Positions 10,592 to 20,785 of a stretch of DNA of 64,000 bases are shown here, in pieces. The notes under the pieces were generated by a model. That model was not told the origin of the DNA, did no database searches, and worked only from the letters and a program-made list of their open reading frames with translations. Position 1 is the first letter of the stretch. Every line of letters starts with the position of its first letter. The DNA comes from an uncultured Thiotrichales bacterium (lineage in GTDB: Bacteria; Pseudomonadota; Gammaproteobacteria; Francisellales; CACEW01): the NCBI GenBank assembly GCA_903870015.1, contig CAIQBE010000042.1, positions 27,443 to 91,442 on the forward strand. The letters run 5' to 3'. The translations under genes and the position numbers were made by a program.

Positions 10592-11272
10592 ATGGGAAGC
10601 GAATTATCAATTTTTGGCTTAATCGCCAACTCCAGCTGGGTCGTGAAAATCATTATGCTGATTCTACTAGCCGGATCAGTATGGTCGTGGACCGTGATTT
10701 TCCAAAAAATAAAATTAATCAGAAGTACCAAAGCCGTATCGATGAAGTTCCATAAAGCCTTTTGGTCAGGCACTGATTTAGGCACCTTAGCCCGTAATTT
10801 CAAAGGTGATACGGTTGCGCTGCCTTCGATTTTTCAAGCCGGTTTTCAAAATTTTTTAAAATGGCAGGATAGCAAAGCGCCTGCGTCGCAAATTATTGAA
10901 AATGTTGAGCGTGCTATGCGCGTTGCCTTTGTGCGTGAAAGTGATCGCTTAGAAGTACAACTGCCTTTTCTTGCAACGATTGGCTCAGTGAGCCCTTATG
11001 TTGGTTTATTTGGAACCGTGTGGGGCATTATGAGTGCGTTTGTCGCTTTGGGCGGCGTTGAGCAAGCGACATTATCGATGGTTGCCCCTGGCATTGCTGA
11101 AGCCTTGATTGCCACAGCCATGGGGTTATTTGTCGCAATTCCTGCAGTTATTGCCTATAATCGTTTTCTCGCGAGCATCGAGCCATTATTGAATGAATAT
11201 GAAAACTTTCAAGATGAATTTGTGAATATTTTAGAGCGGCAATTGTCACAACCCGCACGGAAAACTTCATGA
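10592..11272 (+). CDS. tolQ: Tol-Pal system protein TolQ
   Basis: 226-aa MotA/TolQ/ExbB-family protein with 3 TM segments. Position in the tolQRAB-pal cluster supports the call. Confidence 0.9.
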   Translation: MGSELSIFGLIANSSWVVKIIMLILLAGSVWSWTVIFQKIKLIRSTKAVSMKFHKAFWSGTDLGTLARNFKGDTVALPSIFQAGFQNFLKWQDSKAPASQIIENVERAMRVAFVRESDRLEVQLPFLATIGSVSPYVGLFGTVWGIMSAFVALGGVEQATLSMVAPGIAEALIATAMGLFVAIPAVIAYNRFLASIEPLLNEYENFQDEFVNILERQLSQPARKTS

Positions 11273-11697
11273 GAAAAACACGCTCTAAACGTAAACGCAT
11301 TTCTGAAATCAACGTCGTCCCCTATATCGATGTGATGCTGGTTTTGCTGATTATTTTTATGGTGACCACCCCTTTGTTGTCCCAAGGCGTGAAAGTCGAT
11401 CTACCCAAAGCTGCAGCCAAAGCATTGCCCAATGAAAACGTCCCGATTATTGTTTCAGTTGATCAAAAAGGTAATTACTTTTTAAATATTGCACAAAGCC
11501 CTTCAGCGCCTATTTCTGCCGCTGATTTAACACAGCAAGTATCGTCAAGCTTGGAAAAAAATAAAGATCGCAAAGTCTATGTACGCGCGGATCAAAGTGT
11601 TGATTACGGCAAAGTCATTAGCGTCATGGTGACCTTACAACAAGCCGGCGCCGGTAGCGTAGGACTCATGACGGATAGTCCAAAAAACCAGAGCTAG
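11269..11697 (+). CDS. tolR: Tol-Pal system protein TolR
   Basis: 142-aa ExbD/TolR family protein (INVVPYIDVMLVLLIIFM TM segment). 4-nt overlap with tolQ. Confidence 0.9.
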   Translation: MRKTRSKRKRISEINVVPYIDVMLVLLIIFMVTTPLLSQGVKVDLPKAAAKALPNENVPIIVSVDQKGNYFLNIAQSPSAPISAADLTQQVSSSLEKNKDRKVYVRADQSVDYGKVISVMVTLQQAGAGSVGLMTDSPKNQS

Positions 11698-12453
11698 GTG
11701 ATCATGCAAACCCTTGAGACCCGATCTTTTGTTTATTCCTTTGGCTTGCATCTCTTGATTGTGCTTGGAATTGTGATAGCTGGCTTGCAACATCAAACCA
11801 ATTTTTTTTACGGCACGGCCGTGCGATCTCCACAACAAGTGCAAATTGTGAATGCCATGTTGGTCCTGCCCCAACCCTCACTTTCAAAAGTTATTACCCC
11901 CACCCCACCTGCAGCGGCCTCTGTACCAACACCGCCAACGCCTAAAACCTCAACACCCAGCCCAGCAAAACCCGCACCCGCCCTGATTGCCCAAAGCAAA
12001 GAGGGCACTGTTCAACAAAAGCAAAAGCAGGCGCAGCCCAAACAATCGGCCCAGCAAGTCCAAGCTTTGCAAAAATTAAAGTCCCTGGGACTCTCTAGCA
12101 TCCAACAGGCAGTGGATTCTAATCAAAAAGAAGCGGCTTCTGCGGCACAAGCAGCAGCAATGCTTACCATGCAAGAAAAATATATGGGCTTGATTCAGCA
12201 AACAGTTAAAAGCAATTGGATTAATCAGTTTAGCCCTAGCGCACAATTGACAGCTATTTTAAAAATCAAGCTGGATCAAGAGGGCAATGTACTAGCAGTT
12301 TCGGTGGCACAATCCAGTGGCAATGCTGCGTTTGATCGACAGGCGATTCTTGCCGTACAAAAATCTTCACCCTTGCCATTACCCCCTGATCCTACACTCC
12401 TGAAAAAATTTATAAATTTGACCTTGCCGTTTAATAACCAGGATTTACAGTAA
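11698..12453 (+). CDS. tolA: Tol-Pal system protein TolA
   Basis: N-terminal TM anchor, a Pro/Ala/Gln-rich linker (PTPPAAASVPTPPTPKTSTPSPAKPAP) and a TolA-type C-terminal domain. The GTG start abuts the tolR stop; ATG 11704 is an alternative start. Confidence 0.85.
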   Translation: MIMQTLETRSFVYSFGLHLLIVLGIVIAGLQHQTNFFYGTAVRSPQQVQIVNAMLVLPQPSLSKVITPTPPAAASVPTPPTPKTSTPSPAKPAPALIAQSKEGTVQQKQKQAQPKQSAQQVQALQKLKSLGLSSIQQAVDSNQKEAASAAQAAAMLTMQEKYMGLIQQTVKSNWINQFSPSAQLTAILKIKLDQEGNVLAVSVAQSSGNAAFDRQAILAVQKSSPLPLPPDPTLLKKFINLTLPFNNQDLQ

Positions 12454-12502
12454 CCCTAAATCCATGCGACAATGAAGCCCTCAAATAATCAATTGCAAAA
12501 TT

Positions 12503-13825
12503 ATGCGTAAACTTCTAAGCTTTGTTTTTGGCTTGTGCTTTGTGGTAGCAAGCTATGCCGATCTGACTATTCAAATTGTTCAGGGTGTTAACAAACCCTA
12601 TCCGATTGCAATTGTGCCCTTTGGCCATGATTTGCAGGCGCTTCCCGGCTTGCCTAATGGTTTAACGGGCGTCATTAACAATGACTTAAATAACTCTGGA
12701 CGTTTTGCACCCTTAGCGCAAAGCCTCATGCCCAGCAAACCTTCTGAAATACAAAACTTTAATTGGAAACAATGGAACAATGCTAATACTGGCATCGAAT
12801 ATGCATTGATTGGTAATGTCACTCCTGGCACCACCCCAAATACTTATACCGTCACGTTTGCTTTATTAAGCTTGCTCAATAATAAACCTTTGGTAGGCCT
12901 AAAATTTTCAAATATTCCAGAAGCACAAATGCGCTTACTCGCCCACCAAATTAGCGATACGGTGTACCAAACCGTGACTGGAAAAAAAGGGTATTTTCGT
13001 ACACGCTTAGCTTATGTGACTGTCGATCATCATACTTCACCCAATGCTTTGTGGGAGCTCGTTGTTTCTGATTATGATGGCTACAATCCTACCGTTCTCT
13101 TAAAGCAAACTAATATTCCCATTACGTCCCCTGCCTGGTCTGCTAATGGCTCAGAGTTAGCTTATGTGACTTATATCAATAATCGTCAGGCGGTTATGAG
13201 CATTACCCTTGCCTCAGCCAAACGTAAAATTATTGCGAATTTTCCTGGCATGAATAGCGCGCCGGCCTTTTCGCCTGATGGCAAATATATTGCTATGGCA
13301 CTTTCTGGGTCAGATACTTCAGATAACTCCAATATCTACGTGATGGATTTATCGACGCGCAAGCTCACCAAGTACACGACCTTTGCCAACAATACCTCAC
13401 CTACTTGGTCACCTGATTCCAAAAGTATTGCCTTTAACTCTGACCGTGGCGGCTCACCACAAATTTATTTGTTAAATTTAAGTGATAGTTCAGTATCACG
13501 CTTGTCTTATACCGGGGCAAGTAATTATGCACCGGTGTTTATGCCTGATGGTCAAAGTTTAGTGATCATGACTCAGCAAATACCCGGTGGTCCCATTCGC
13601 ATTGCAACACTTAATCTGGCCTCAAATGCTATTAACATGATTACTAATGGCCAACTCGATAAATCACCATCAATCGCACCCAATGGAGATATGGTTGTCT
13701 ATACTAACTATAATACTACGAACGGCATCTTGTCAGCGGCATCATTAGATGGTACAGTACAATTACGGTTACCGGCCACCGAAGGGTCAGTTGAGTCTTC
13801 AGCATGGTCACCATTTTTAAATTAA
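12503..13825 (+). CDS. tolB: Tol-Pal system beta-propeller protein TolB
   Basis: Signal peptide plus repeated propeller motifs (FSPDGKYIA, WSPDSKSIAF, FMPDGQSLV). 440 aa. Confidence 0.93.
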   Translation: MRKLLSFVFGLCFVVASYADLTIQIVQGVNKPYPIAIVPFGHDLQALPGLPNGLTGVINNDLNNSGRFAPLAQSLMPSKPSEIQNFNWKQWNNANTGIEYALIGNVTPGTTPNTYTVTFALLSLLNNKPLVGLKFSNIPEAQMRLLAHQISDTVYQTVTGKKGYFRTRLAYVTVDHHTSPNALWELVVSDYDGYNPTVLLKQTNIPITSPAWSANGSELAYVTYINNRQAVMSITLASAKRKIIANFPGMNSAPAFSPDGKYIAMALSGSDTSDNSNIYVMDLSTRKLTKYTTFANNTSPTWSPDSKSIAFNSDRGGSPQIYLLNLSDSSVSRLSYTGASNYAPVFMPDGQSLVIMTQQIPGGPIRIATLNLASNAINMITNGQLDKSPSIAPNGDMVVYTNYNTTNGILSAASLDGTVQLRLPATEGSVESSAWSPFLN

Positions 13826-13844
13826 ACAAAACAGGAGATGATTA

Positions 13845-14405
13845 ATGAAAATAAATACAATTCTGAAAGTCGCTGCGATTGCAGTATCCGCCAGCCTTTT
13901 AATCGGTTGTGCTACAAAGACTAAAGAGGGCAACAATGCTCCAGCAGTACCTGGCGCGCAAAATGCAGGCCCACAAGGTTTAGCACCCTCTGCTGATTTA
14001 CAAGCAACCCTAAATGCGTTGCCTAACACCGTTTACTTCGGTTTTGACCAATACAACTTAACACCTAAAGCAATCGCTGCGCTTCAACAAAATGCTGCCG
14101 TTTTGTTAAAGAACCCACAAGTTAACATTATGATTGCTGGTAATGCTGACCCACGTGGTAGCGTTGAGTACAACTTTCACTTAGGTATGCGTCGTGCACA
14201 AGCAACTTACAACTACTTAGTGCAACAAGGTGTTCCAGCTGCACAAATGTGTATGGTTAGCTATGGTGATATGAAACCTGTTGCAACCCCAGAGCAATTT
14301 GGTGGCAACAAAGACAAAGCCTACTCTATGAATCGTAATGCTCAAATCGGTTACAACGAAAATTGCACCGGTTGGGATGCAAACCAATACAAAGGCGGCC
14401 ACTAA
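13845..14405 (+). CDS. pal: peptidoglycan-associated lipoprotein Pal
   Basis: Lipobox LLIGC and an OmpA-like C-terminal domain (NADPRGSVEYNFHLGMRRA). Confidence 0.93.
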   Translation: MKINTILKVAAIAVSASLLIGCATKTKEGNNAPAVPGAQNAGPQGLAPSADLQATLNALPNTVYFGFDQYNLTPKAIAALQQNAAVLLKNPQVNIMIAGNADPRGSVEYNFHLGMRRAQATYNYLVQQGVPAAQMCMVSYGDMKPVATPEQFGGNKDKAYSMNRNAQIGYNENCTGWDANQYKGGH

Positions 14406-14426
14406 TTCTTATTTAGTTGAACCTTT

Positions 14427-14458
14427 AAAAAGCCCCGAATTCGGGGCTTTTTTATTTT
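14427..14458 (+). terminator. rho-independent terminator after pal
   Basis: The hairpin AGCCCCGAATTCGGGGCT is followed by a T-run (TTTTTTATTTTT). Confidence 0.8.
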
Positions 14459-14538
14459 TACCACTATTATTTTTACCACTCCTTGCACAATCATATCAAT
14501 GCTACTAGAATATCTAAAACATTTGATCACTGACTGTT

Positions 14539-15363
14539 ATGAAACGTTTATCCATTTTATTGATCTGCGCCTTAGGCATCAGCAACGGGTTTGCAAGCGC
14601 ACCCGTGTCTACACTCAGCATTCCCACGACTAATAACGATGCCGCAACTGCCGATGTGCATACCATTAACACCACGGATGCAAGCTCACATGAAAGCGCT
14701 GCTGTGCCTCAGGTCGTTAATAGCCAAGCTGTCCTCGCCAGCTTAACCCCCGATGAACGTATCGCTCGCTTAGAAAATCAAGTGACTTATTTAAACACTT
14801 ACACCACTCAAGTGAATAGCATATCAACTCAAATGGATATGCTCCGTGGCCAGATCGAAGATTTAAATCATCAAGTCGCTGATCTACAAAAACAAGTGAC
14901 TACACTCACGCAAGCCCAAGCTGCCGCAGCTACACAAGCACAAGCCGCAGCCGCTGATAGCAAAACCGCAAGCACTGCCCCCGCACCTTCTGCTGCCGAG
15001 CAAAGCGCGTATCAGAGCGCCTATAACCTTATGGCCAAAAAATCCTACGCCCCAGCGATCAAAGCCTTTAATAACTTCTTAACCAAATACCCCAAGAGCA
15101 CGCTCAACCCCAATGTACATTATTGGCTAGGCGATTTATATTTAACTCAAGGCCAACCTGATTTAGCCTCCAAGCAATACCGCAGTGTTATCAACACCCA
15201 AGACGCCACCAAACGCCCCGACGCCATGGTTAAACTCGGCACGATTTTATTAGCCTACGGCGATAACGCCCATGCCAAGACTTTATTTCAAAGCGTAGTG
15301 AAGCAGTATCCTGGCACCCCACAAGCAACTCAGGCTAAGGGACATTTGAAGGATATCCAGTAG
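14539..15363 (+). CDS. cpoB: cell division coordinator CpoB (YbgF)
   Basis: Signal peptide, a Gln/Ala-rich coiled-coil segment and a C-terminal TPR-like YbgF domain. It is the last gene of the tol-pal cluster. Confidence 0.85.
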   Translation: MKRLSILLICALGISNGFASAPVSTLSIPTTNNDAATADVHTINTTDASSHESAAVPQVVNSQAVLASLTPDERIARLENQVTYLNTYTTQVNSISTQMDMLRGQIEDLNHQVADLQKQVTTLTQAQAAAATQAQAAAADSKTASTAPAPSAAEQSAYQSAYNLMAKKSYAPAIKAFNNFLTKYPKSTLNPNVHYWLGDLYLTQGQPDLASKQYRSVINTQDATKRPDAMVKLGTILLAYGDNAHAKTLFQSVVKQYPGTPQATQAKGHLKDIQ

Positions 15364-15476
15364 GGTTCATTGAGAATAACCCCACCCCCTGTACAACACA
15401 TATAACATCAGCCATAGATGCATTAAACAACTTGTATAATACAACCTGCAACATAAGGTTAGTTAGGTTAGGTTAA

Positions 15477-17249
15477 CTAAACCAACCTAACATGCTTCAA
15501 ATTCAAGCTCACCTTGGTTTTTTGCTGGTAGGTTTGGGCGCCCAAGCTATACACCACAAACACCTGATCGCCCGTGTTAAGCATGAATTTATCCGAATCA
15601 CCGCCGCCGAACCAAATGGCGGTGTGCTCGCTTTCTTGATGATGCAGGGCTAATTTTAATTCTAGGTGATTTAGGTTTTGGCCAAAGCGCCTAACATTGC
15701 GCACATAGGCTTTGCCCTCAAATAAAGGCTCATCGAATTCGCGACCGAAGGGGGCTAGGGTTTTTAGGGTTTCTACTAAATTTAAATCAATCTGTTCTTG
15801 TACGTAACCATCGCTTAGTAATAAGGGCCCGACTTGTTTGCCTTTGAGCATGTTGCCGACGGCTTCTTCAAAAGCGTTAGAAAATAATTCGAGATCCTCG
15901 AGATTAATCGTTAAGCCTGCGGCGGCTTTGTGGCCACCGAATTTGACTAATAACTCAGGATGTAAATTGCTGATGATTTGCAAGACATCGCGCACATGGA
16001 CATCATCGACACTGCGACAAGAGCCTGTGAGCACTTCGGGTTCATTAAGCTTGGGGGATAAAATCACTGTGGGTCGACCAAAGGTATCTTTGATACGACT
16101 GGCCGCAATGCCATGCACACCAGCATGCCCTGCTTCTAAATGGATTACCAAAGAAATACGCCCTTGCATCACTTGATTCTCGGCGATTTTTAAGGCATCA
16201 CTGACTAACTCTTTTTGAATGCGTTTGCGCTCTTCATTTTGCTGCCATAATAATTGCGCGTAAGGACCTGCGGCCTCTAAACTTTCCGCGAGCAAAAAAT
16301 TGACCGAACCCAAGGCGTCGGACAAACGCCCATCGCTATTTAACAAAGGCCCAATCAAAAAGCCTAAATCTTCTGCGGAGATTTGGGGATTTTTTAACAA
16401 GGGTTGCAATGCCTGCCAACAGGGGCGCTTAAATTCGTTAATGCGCTGCAGGCCGTATTGGACAATCACGCGATTATTGATGCTGCGCGCTAGGCTGACG
16501 CAATCGGCGACTGTTCCTACGGCGACATAATCCAAAACACCTAGCACTGATGGCGTATCTTTGGGTAAATCACCCGCATCAACCATGGTGCGTCTTGTGG
16601 CGGCCATCAATAACCACGCCACCATACACCCAGCAATATAAGGATCTGGGAATTTACAATCTTCGCGTGTTGGATTTAATACTGCATAGGCGCTTGCAGG
16701 AATGCCCTCACTTGGAATCGCATGATGGTCAGTGACAATGACATCAATGCCAAAGGCTTTTAATTTGGCAATGCGTCCTTCATCTGAGCTGCCATTATCC
16801 GCGGTGATTAATAAAGTCGGCGGGACAGGATTTTCTAAGATTCGAGCGCACAAGGCTTCAGATAAGCCATAGCCCTCTTGCATCCGATGGCCGATATAGG
16901 ATTGCAATTTATCTTCGGGATGCTGAAATACTTCTTTTAAACAGGTGATCAAGACTGCATGACTCGTTTGACCATCGCAATCATGATCGGTCTCAATGCC
17001 GATGACTTCTTTATTTTTAAGCGCTAAACGCAAACGCGCGACGGCTTTATCCATGTCTTGCAATAAAAAAGGGGAGGTAATATCAGCCAAGCGGCCTTGT
17101 ATTACTGCGAGGGCTTTTTTGTCATGCTCAGGGATGGGGCGCGCAGCGATGATCCTCGCTAAAAATGGCGACACGCCCTCTTTTACTAAAAGGTTAAGCG
17201 CTGCTTCGTTGACAGGACGGCGTTGTATACGGATAGGTTCTAACATCAT
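15477..17249 (-). CDS. recJ: single-stranded-DNA-specific exonuclease RecJ
   Basis: DHH motifs (DHDCDGQTS, VTDHH) and a DHHA1 motif (GGHKAAAG). 590 aa. Confidence 0.93.
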   Translation of the reverse strand: MMLEPIRIQRRPVNEAALNLLVKEGVSPFLARIIAARPIPEHDKKALAVIQGRLADITSPFLLQDMDKAVARLRLALKNKEVIGIETDHDCDGQTSHAVLITCLKEVFQHPEDKLQSYIGHRMQEGYGLSEALCARILENPVPPTLLITADNGSSDEGRIAKLKAFGIDVIVTDHHAIPSEGIPASAYAVLNPTREDCKFPDPYIAGCMVAWLLMAATRRTMVDAGDLPKDTPSVLGVLDYVAVGTVADCVSLARSINNRVIVQYGLQRINEFKRPCWQALQPLLKNPQISAEDLGFLIGPLLNSDGRLSDALGSVNFLLAESLEAAGPYAQLLWQQNEERKRIQKELVSDALKIAENQVMQGRISLVIHLEAGHAGVHGIAASRIKDTFGRPTVILSPKLNEPEVLTGSCRSVDDVHVRDVLQIISNLHPELLVKFGGHKAAAGLTINLEDLELFSNAFEEAVGNMLKGKQVGPLLLSDGYVQEQIDLNLVETLKTLAPFGREFDEPLFEGKAYVRNVRRFGQNLNHLELKLALHHQESEHTAIWFGGGDSDKFMLNTGDQVFVVYSLGAQTYQQKTKVSLNLKHVRLV

Positions 17250-17304
17250 GCCGTGATTATACCTAAAAAATCATGGCAGTTCACTGGCGCAGTCAGAGGT
17301 CAAT

Positions 17305-17631
17305 TTAAAAAGAAAATGGCGCAGGTTGAGCGCTATTTCCCTCAACATTTCTCATAAACATCGTAGCGGCAGCCGCAGCTGTAAACGCTACAGATGCACC
17401 TGCAACCATTGCATGCACAGCGCCAAGAGTATTTCTTCTCATAGAATTAGGCCTCATCAACATCTGCTGACAATACATCGCAACGGAGGCAACAAAAGCC
17501 AAGGGCGCAATAACGAGCGCCTCAGGCTTGCTGAGATCTTGCCCTATAATCCTGAATGTGGCGATGATAATTGCAGCTGTGGCGACTGAACTAGCATCTT
17601 GTATATTATGAACATGATGATTAGCTAACAT
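17305..17631 (-). CDS. small hydrophobic hypothetical protein
   Basis: 108-aa ORF with 2-3 Ala-rich hydrophobic segments and no recognisable domain. The coding status is not independently supported. Confidence 0.4.
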   Translation of the reverse strand: MLANHHVHNIQDASSVATAAIIIATFRIIGQDLSKPEALVIAPLAFVASVAMYCQQMLMRPNSMRRNTLGAVHAMVAGASVAFTAAAAATMFMRNVEGNSAQPAPFSF

Positions 17632-17969
17632 ATTCTGTGCCTTACATTAATTGTTACAATGCCTACCACTATGACCAATTGTTGAATTTTTGTCAAATTA
17701 TTTAAGCACCATGAGCAAACTAAATCGGGATAGGCAAAAAGACCTCTATTTAATCTTCTGATCATTTTATATTAACCTAAATTTGTATAAAATTTTCAGG
17801 ATGAAAAATTATGACCCATCTGCGCTGATTTTTACTATCCCATATCTCACTTTCAAGGCTGTCAATATTCGACAGCGAGGCCTAAAACGGGCATAATACT
17901 GTCTTCAGGGCCCTGATGCCTCTGCTTTGAAGGGATCGGGACAATGCATTCGCGCATGAGGAGTTCATT

Positions 17970-20114
17970 ATGCTAAGTTTGCTTATCGTTGTTCTTGCTT
18001 TATGTTTATGCCTTTATGGCTCTTTGCATATTTGGCCTAACCGTAGTGCCTGGCTTTTGCTGCAATGGCATAACCGTCAACATTATCGTGTGCATTTTCA
18101 GGGCGCTGATTATAGGCTTGATAACGCGATGGTGATGATTGCGCGCGCACCCAATGTACGCATGGCCTGCTTACTCAAGCGCTTGACGCCAGTACCGGTT
18201 TATTGTCTGAATCAAGAGATTCCTCATTCAAAACTATTACAGCGTTTTCTAAAACACTCACATATTCACTTTATCACCAGTGCAGAACTTTATAAGCTGC
18301 CTAAACCTGGCTTGATTCTTATCAGCACCGATGATTATGAGGCCGTACAAAAACTGCAGTTGCCGCTCTCTTTGGCTTATCTCGCCGGCAGTGCGTCTCC
18401 TTGTCACACACGCATGCGTTTTAGCCCTCGGGATTTACAATTATCACTACAACGTTTTCATGAAGGTGAAACTAGCCTTGATATCGCTTTGCAGCGTTTA
18501 TCAGTGTATGCGTGGGAGCACTATGTCGATAAACTGCCCTCGATTATTGATTCCTGGCTGGATCAGGCTAAGGCCTTGGGTTCACGCCTCAGCGTTGCCG
18601 ATTCAACGGGTTTACAGCTTTCGCATTATCGCTTGATGGCTAGTGTTATTACTTTGCATACGAAACTCTTTAGCCCTTTATCTGACTCTAATCGTGTCGG
18701 TATTTGCCTGCCCAATAGCGTTGCGGGCACCGCGGCTTTATTAACTTTATTTTCTTTGGGCAAGACTGTTGTTACGATTAACTATACCGCAGGCATTGCT
18801 GCGCTTAGGACCGTTATTGAAGACTCAGGGCTTACCACAATCATTACCTCTAAACTGTTTGTGGCAAACCTGCGGAAGAAAGGCTTTCCCATTGATGACA
18901 TGTTGACGCTTGTGGCCCCGATTTATCTTGAAGATCTTAAAGCTAGCATGACCAAGCATGAGCTTTTAAAAAATTATCTGCTGGCTCGCTTTGCCCCTAC
19001 GGCGTTTTTGCGGGCGATTTTAGTACCGCCTGTAGCATCAAATCAGGTCGCAGTGATTTTATTTAGCAGTGGTAGTGAGGGCAAACCCAAAGGCGTTGAA
19101 CTCACGCATAAAAATATTATCGGCAATGTACGCCAAGTCTCTGAGGTCTTAGAGGCCCATGCTAATGATGTATTATTATCTGTGTTACCTACGTTCCATG
19201 CCTTTGGCTTAAGTGCGGCAATGCTCTTGCCGCTCATGGAGGGCATCAGTATTATCTCCCATCCTGACCCAACCGATACCGCCACTATTGGCGCTTTGGC
19301 CCAGCAATATAAAGCTACCGTGCTCTTTGGCACCTCAACTTTTTTGCGCCTGTATGCTAAAGCTAAAAATATCACACCTGAGATGTTTACTAATTTACGT
19401 GTTGTGGTTGCCGGTGCAGAACGCTTATTGCCCGAGGCGCGGTGTTTGTTTGAAGAGAAATTTAAAAAAGTCATTTATGAAGGTTATGGCACGACTGAAT
19501 TAAGCCCCGTTGCGAGCGTTAATTTACCCGACACGCCCTGCCAAATTCGCCAAAAAATTGGCTCTGTCGGTAAAGCCATTGCTGGCTGCATGATTCGCAT
19601 TATTGATCCTGAAACCGGTGTGACCTTGCCTCAAGGCGAGGCTGGTTTAATTTTGGTAGGCGGTGTCAATGTGATGAAAGGCTATTTGAATCATGATGAC
19701 AGCACTAATGCCAATATTTTATACGAGCATGGCATTCGTTGGTATAAGACTGGCGATAAGGGCCGCCTTGATGCCGATGGCTTTTTAGTTATCGCCGATC
19801 GCTATTCCCGCTTTGCCAAACTAGCCGGCGAGACAGTGAGCTTAGGTGCGGTCGAACAGCAAATCACAATGCTAGTGGCTACCCCTGAGCTTGAGCTTTT
19901 AGCCGTTGCCATTCCAGACCCCAAAAAAGGCGAGATGATTGTATTATTGCACACAAACGCGATTAGCTCTGATGAGTTGCGACAAAAAGTAGATCAATCG
20001 AATTTGCATAATTTGCAGAAGCCTTCAAAATATTTACAGGTCGAGGCAATTCCTAAGCTAGGCGTCGGCAAAACCGACTTTGCGGCGGCAAAGGCGCTTG
20101 CTTTTAGTACATAA
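17970..20114 (+). CDS. Aas-like acyl-[ACP] synthetase / AMP-dependent ligase with a degenerate N-terminal acyltransferase-like domain
   Basis: The C-terminal ~500 aa carry AMP-binding motifs (ILFSSGSEGKPKGV, EGYGTTE, YKTGDKG) and are collinear with E. coli Aas from memory. The N-terminal region aligns to the PlsC-like domain but lacks HX4D at the expected place. GAGGAG RBS. Confidence 0.75.
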   Translation: MLSLLIVVLALCLCLYGSLHIWPNRSAWLLLQWHNRQHYRVHFQGADYRLDNAMVMIARAPNVRMACLLKRLTPVPVYCLNQEIPHSKLLQRFLKHSHIHFITSAELYKLPKPGLILISTDDYEAVQKLQLPLSLAYLAGSASPCHTRMRFSPRDLQLSLQRFHEGETSLDIALQRLSVYAWEHYVDKLPSIIDSWLDQAKALGSRLSVADSTGLQLSHYRLMASVITLHTKLFSPLSDSNRVGICLPNSVAGTAALLTLFSLGKTVVTINYTAGIAALRTVIEDSGLTTIITSKLFVANLRKKGFPIDDMLTLVAPIYLEDLKASMTKHELLKNYLLARFAPTAFLRAILVPPVASNQVAVILFSSGSEGKPKGVELTHKNIIGNVRQVSEVLEAHANDVLLSVLPTFHAFGLSAAMLLPLMEGISIISHPDPTDTATIGALAQQYKATVLFGTSTFLRLYAKAKNITPEMFTNLRVVVAGAERLLPEARCLFEEKFKKVIYEGYGTTELSPVASVNLPDTPCQIRQKIGSVGKAIAGCMIRIIDPETGVTLPQGEAGLILVGGVNVMKGYLNHDDSTNANILYEHGIRWYKTGDKGRLDADGFLVIADRYSRFAKLAGETVSLGAVEQQITMLVATPELELLAVAIPDPKKGEMIVLLHTNAISSDELRQKVDQSNLHNLQKPSKYLQVEAIPKLGVGKTDFAAAKALAFST

Positions 20115-20163
20115 ATCTGGCATCGTTAATAGCATAAAGTATCATTTAGCTTTGAGGGATAAC

Positions 20164-20712
20164 ATGAAACCTGAGATTCAACTTAACCCTGGCGAAACAC
20201 TCTTATATGAAACTCAACCCAAGCAGGTGCTTGCTACATACAACATTCTGTTCTTGATTTTGATGCTGCCTGTTTTTATGCTTATGGGTTGTATTGCCGT
20301 CTATTTAAAGTATTCCGCTGCAGTGTTCTCTGAATCATTATCCTACTCCGTTACTCTTGCTCATGCGGATGGAGCTCTTATCATAGAAACCTTTATAGTC
20401 ATTCTGATTTTTGTATACTGTTGGCTAAACTTAGCGATTAAGAAATATTGGTACTTCATTACGAATGAGCGCTGCATCAAATTTTCATATTTTGGGGGAG
20501 TTAACAAACAAATCGTTTTGTTCAGTGATATTGTCGATGTCGATATTTCTCAAAATATGTTGCAAACTCTCTTCGGGATACGCTCAGTTATTATTAATGC
20601 GCCTGTGATGCGCCCAGCTGGCAAAGTTGTTATTGCTGGACTCACCGCTGAATCTGCGGAAAAAATCTCGAATATCATTGGCGAGCAAATGCGTGCTGCG
20701 TCCAAGAAATAA
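20164..20712 (+). CDS. bacterial PH (bPH_2/YdbS-like) domain membrane protein, paralog 1
   Basis: Start at ATG 20164 (GAGGGA RBS). N-terminal LNPGETLLYETQPK, two TM helices, then KKYWYFITNERCIKF...VDVDISQN, typical of bPH_2. Confidence 0.7.
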   Translation: MKPEIQLNPGETLLYETQPKQVLATYNILFLILMLPVFMLMGCIAVYLKYSAAVFSESLSYSVTLAHADGALIIETFIVILIFVYCWLNLAIKKYWYFITNERCIKFSYFGGVNKQIVLFSDIVDVDISQNMLQTLFGIRSVIINAPVMRPAGKVVIAGLTAESAEKISNIIGEQMRAASKK

Positions 20713-20785
20713 CTACTTAGCGCTTGCTTTTGGTCCATAGATCTGGCATCTTTGTTTATAATATGTCAGAAACTGAAGGGGCAAC

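Noticed and set aside
15445-15490. GGTTAGGTT/AACCAACCT repeat between cpoB and recJ as a possible bidirectional terminator.
   Set aside because: Base-pairing is poor when written out (several mismatches), there is no T-run, and part of it is the recJ coding 3' end.
20080-20163. N-terminal extensions proposed by the ORF track for bPH paralog 1 (20080). The same issue applies to the MFS genes (30978 and 48080), the SDR (53143) and Fic (8978).
   Set aside because: The extensions use non-ATG or unsupported starts, overlap neighbouring genes or promoters, and lack an RBS. Internal ATGs with good SD sequences match the paralog or family N-termini.
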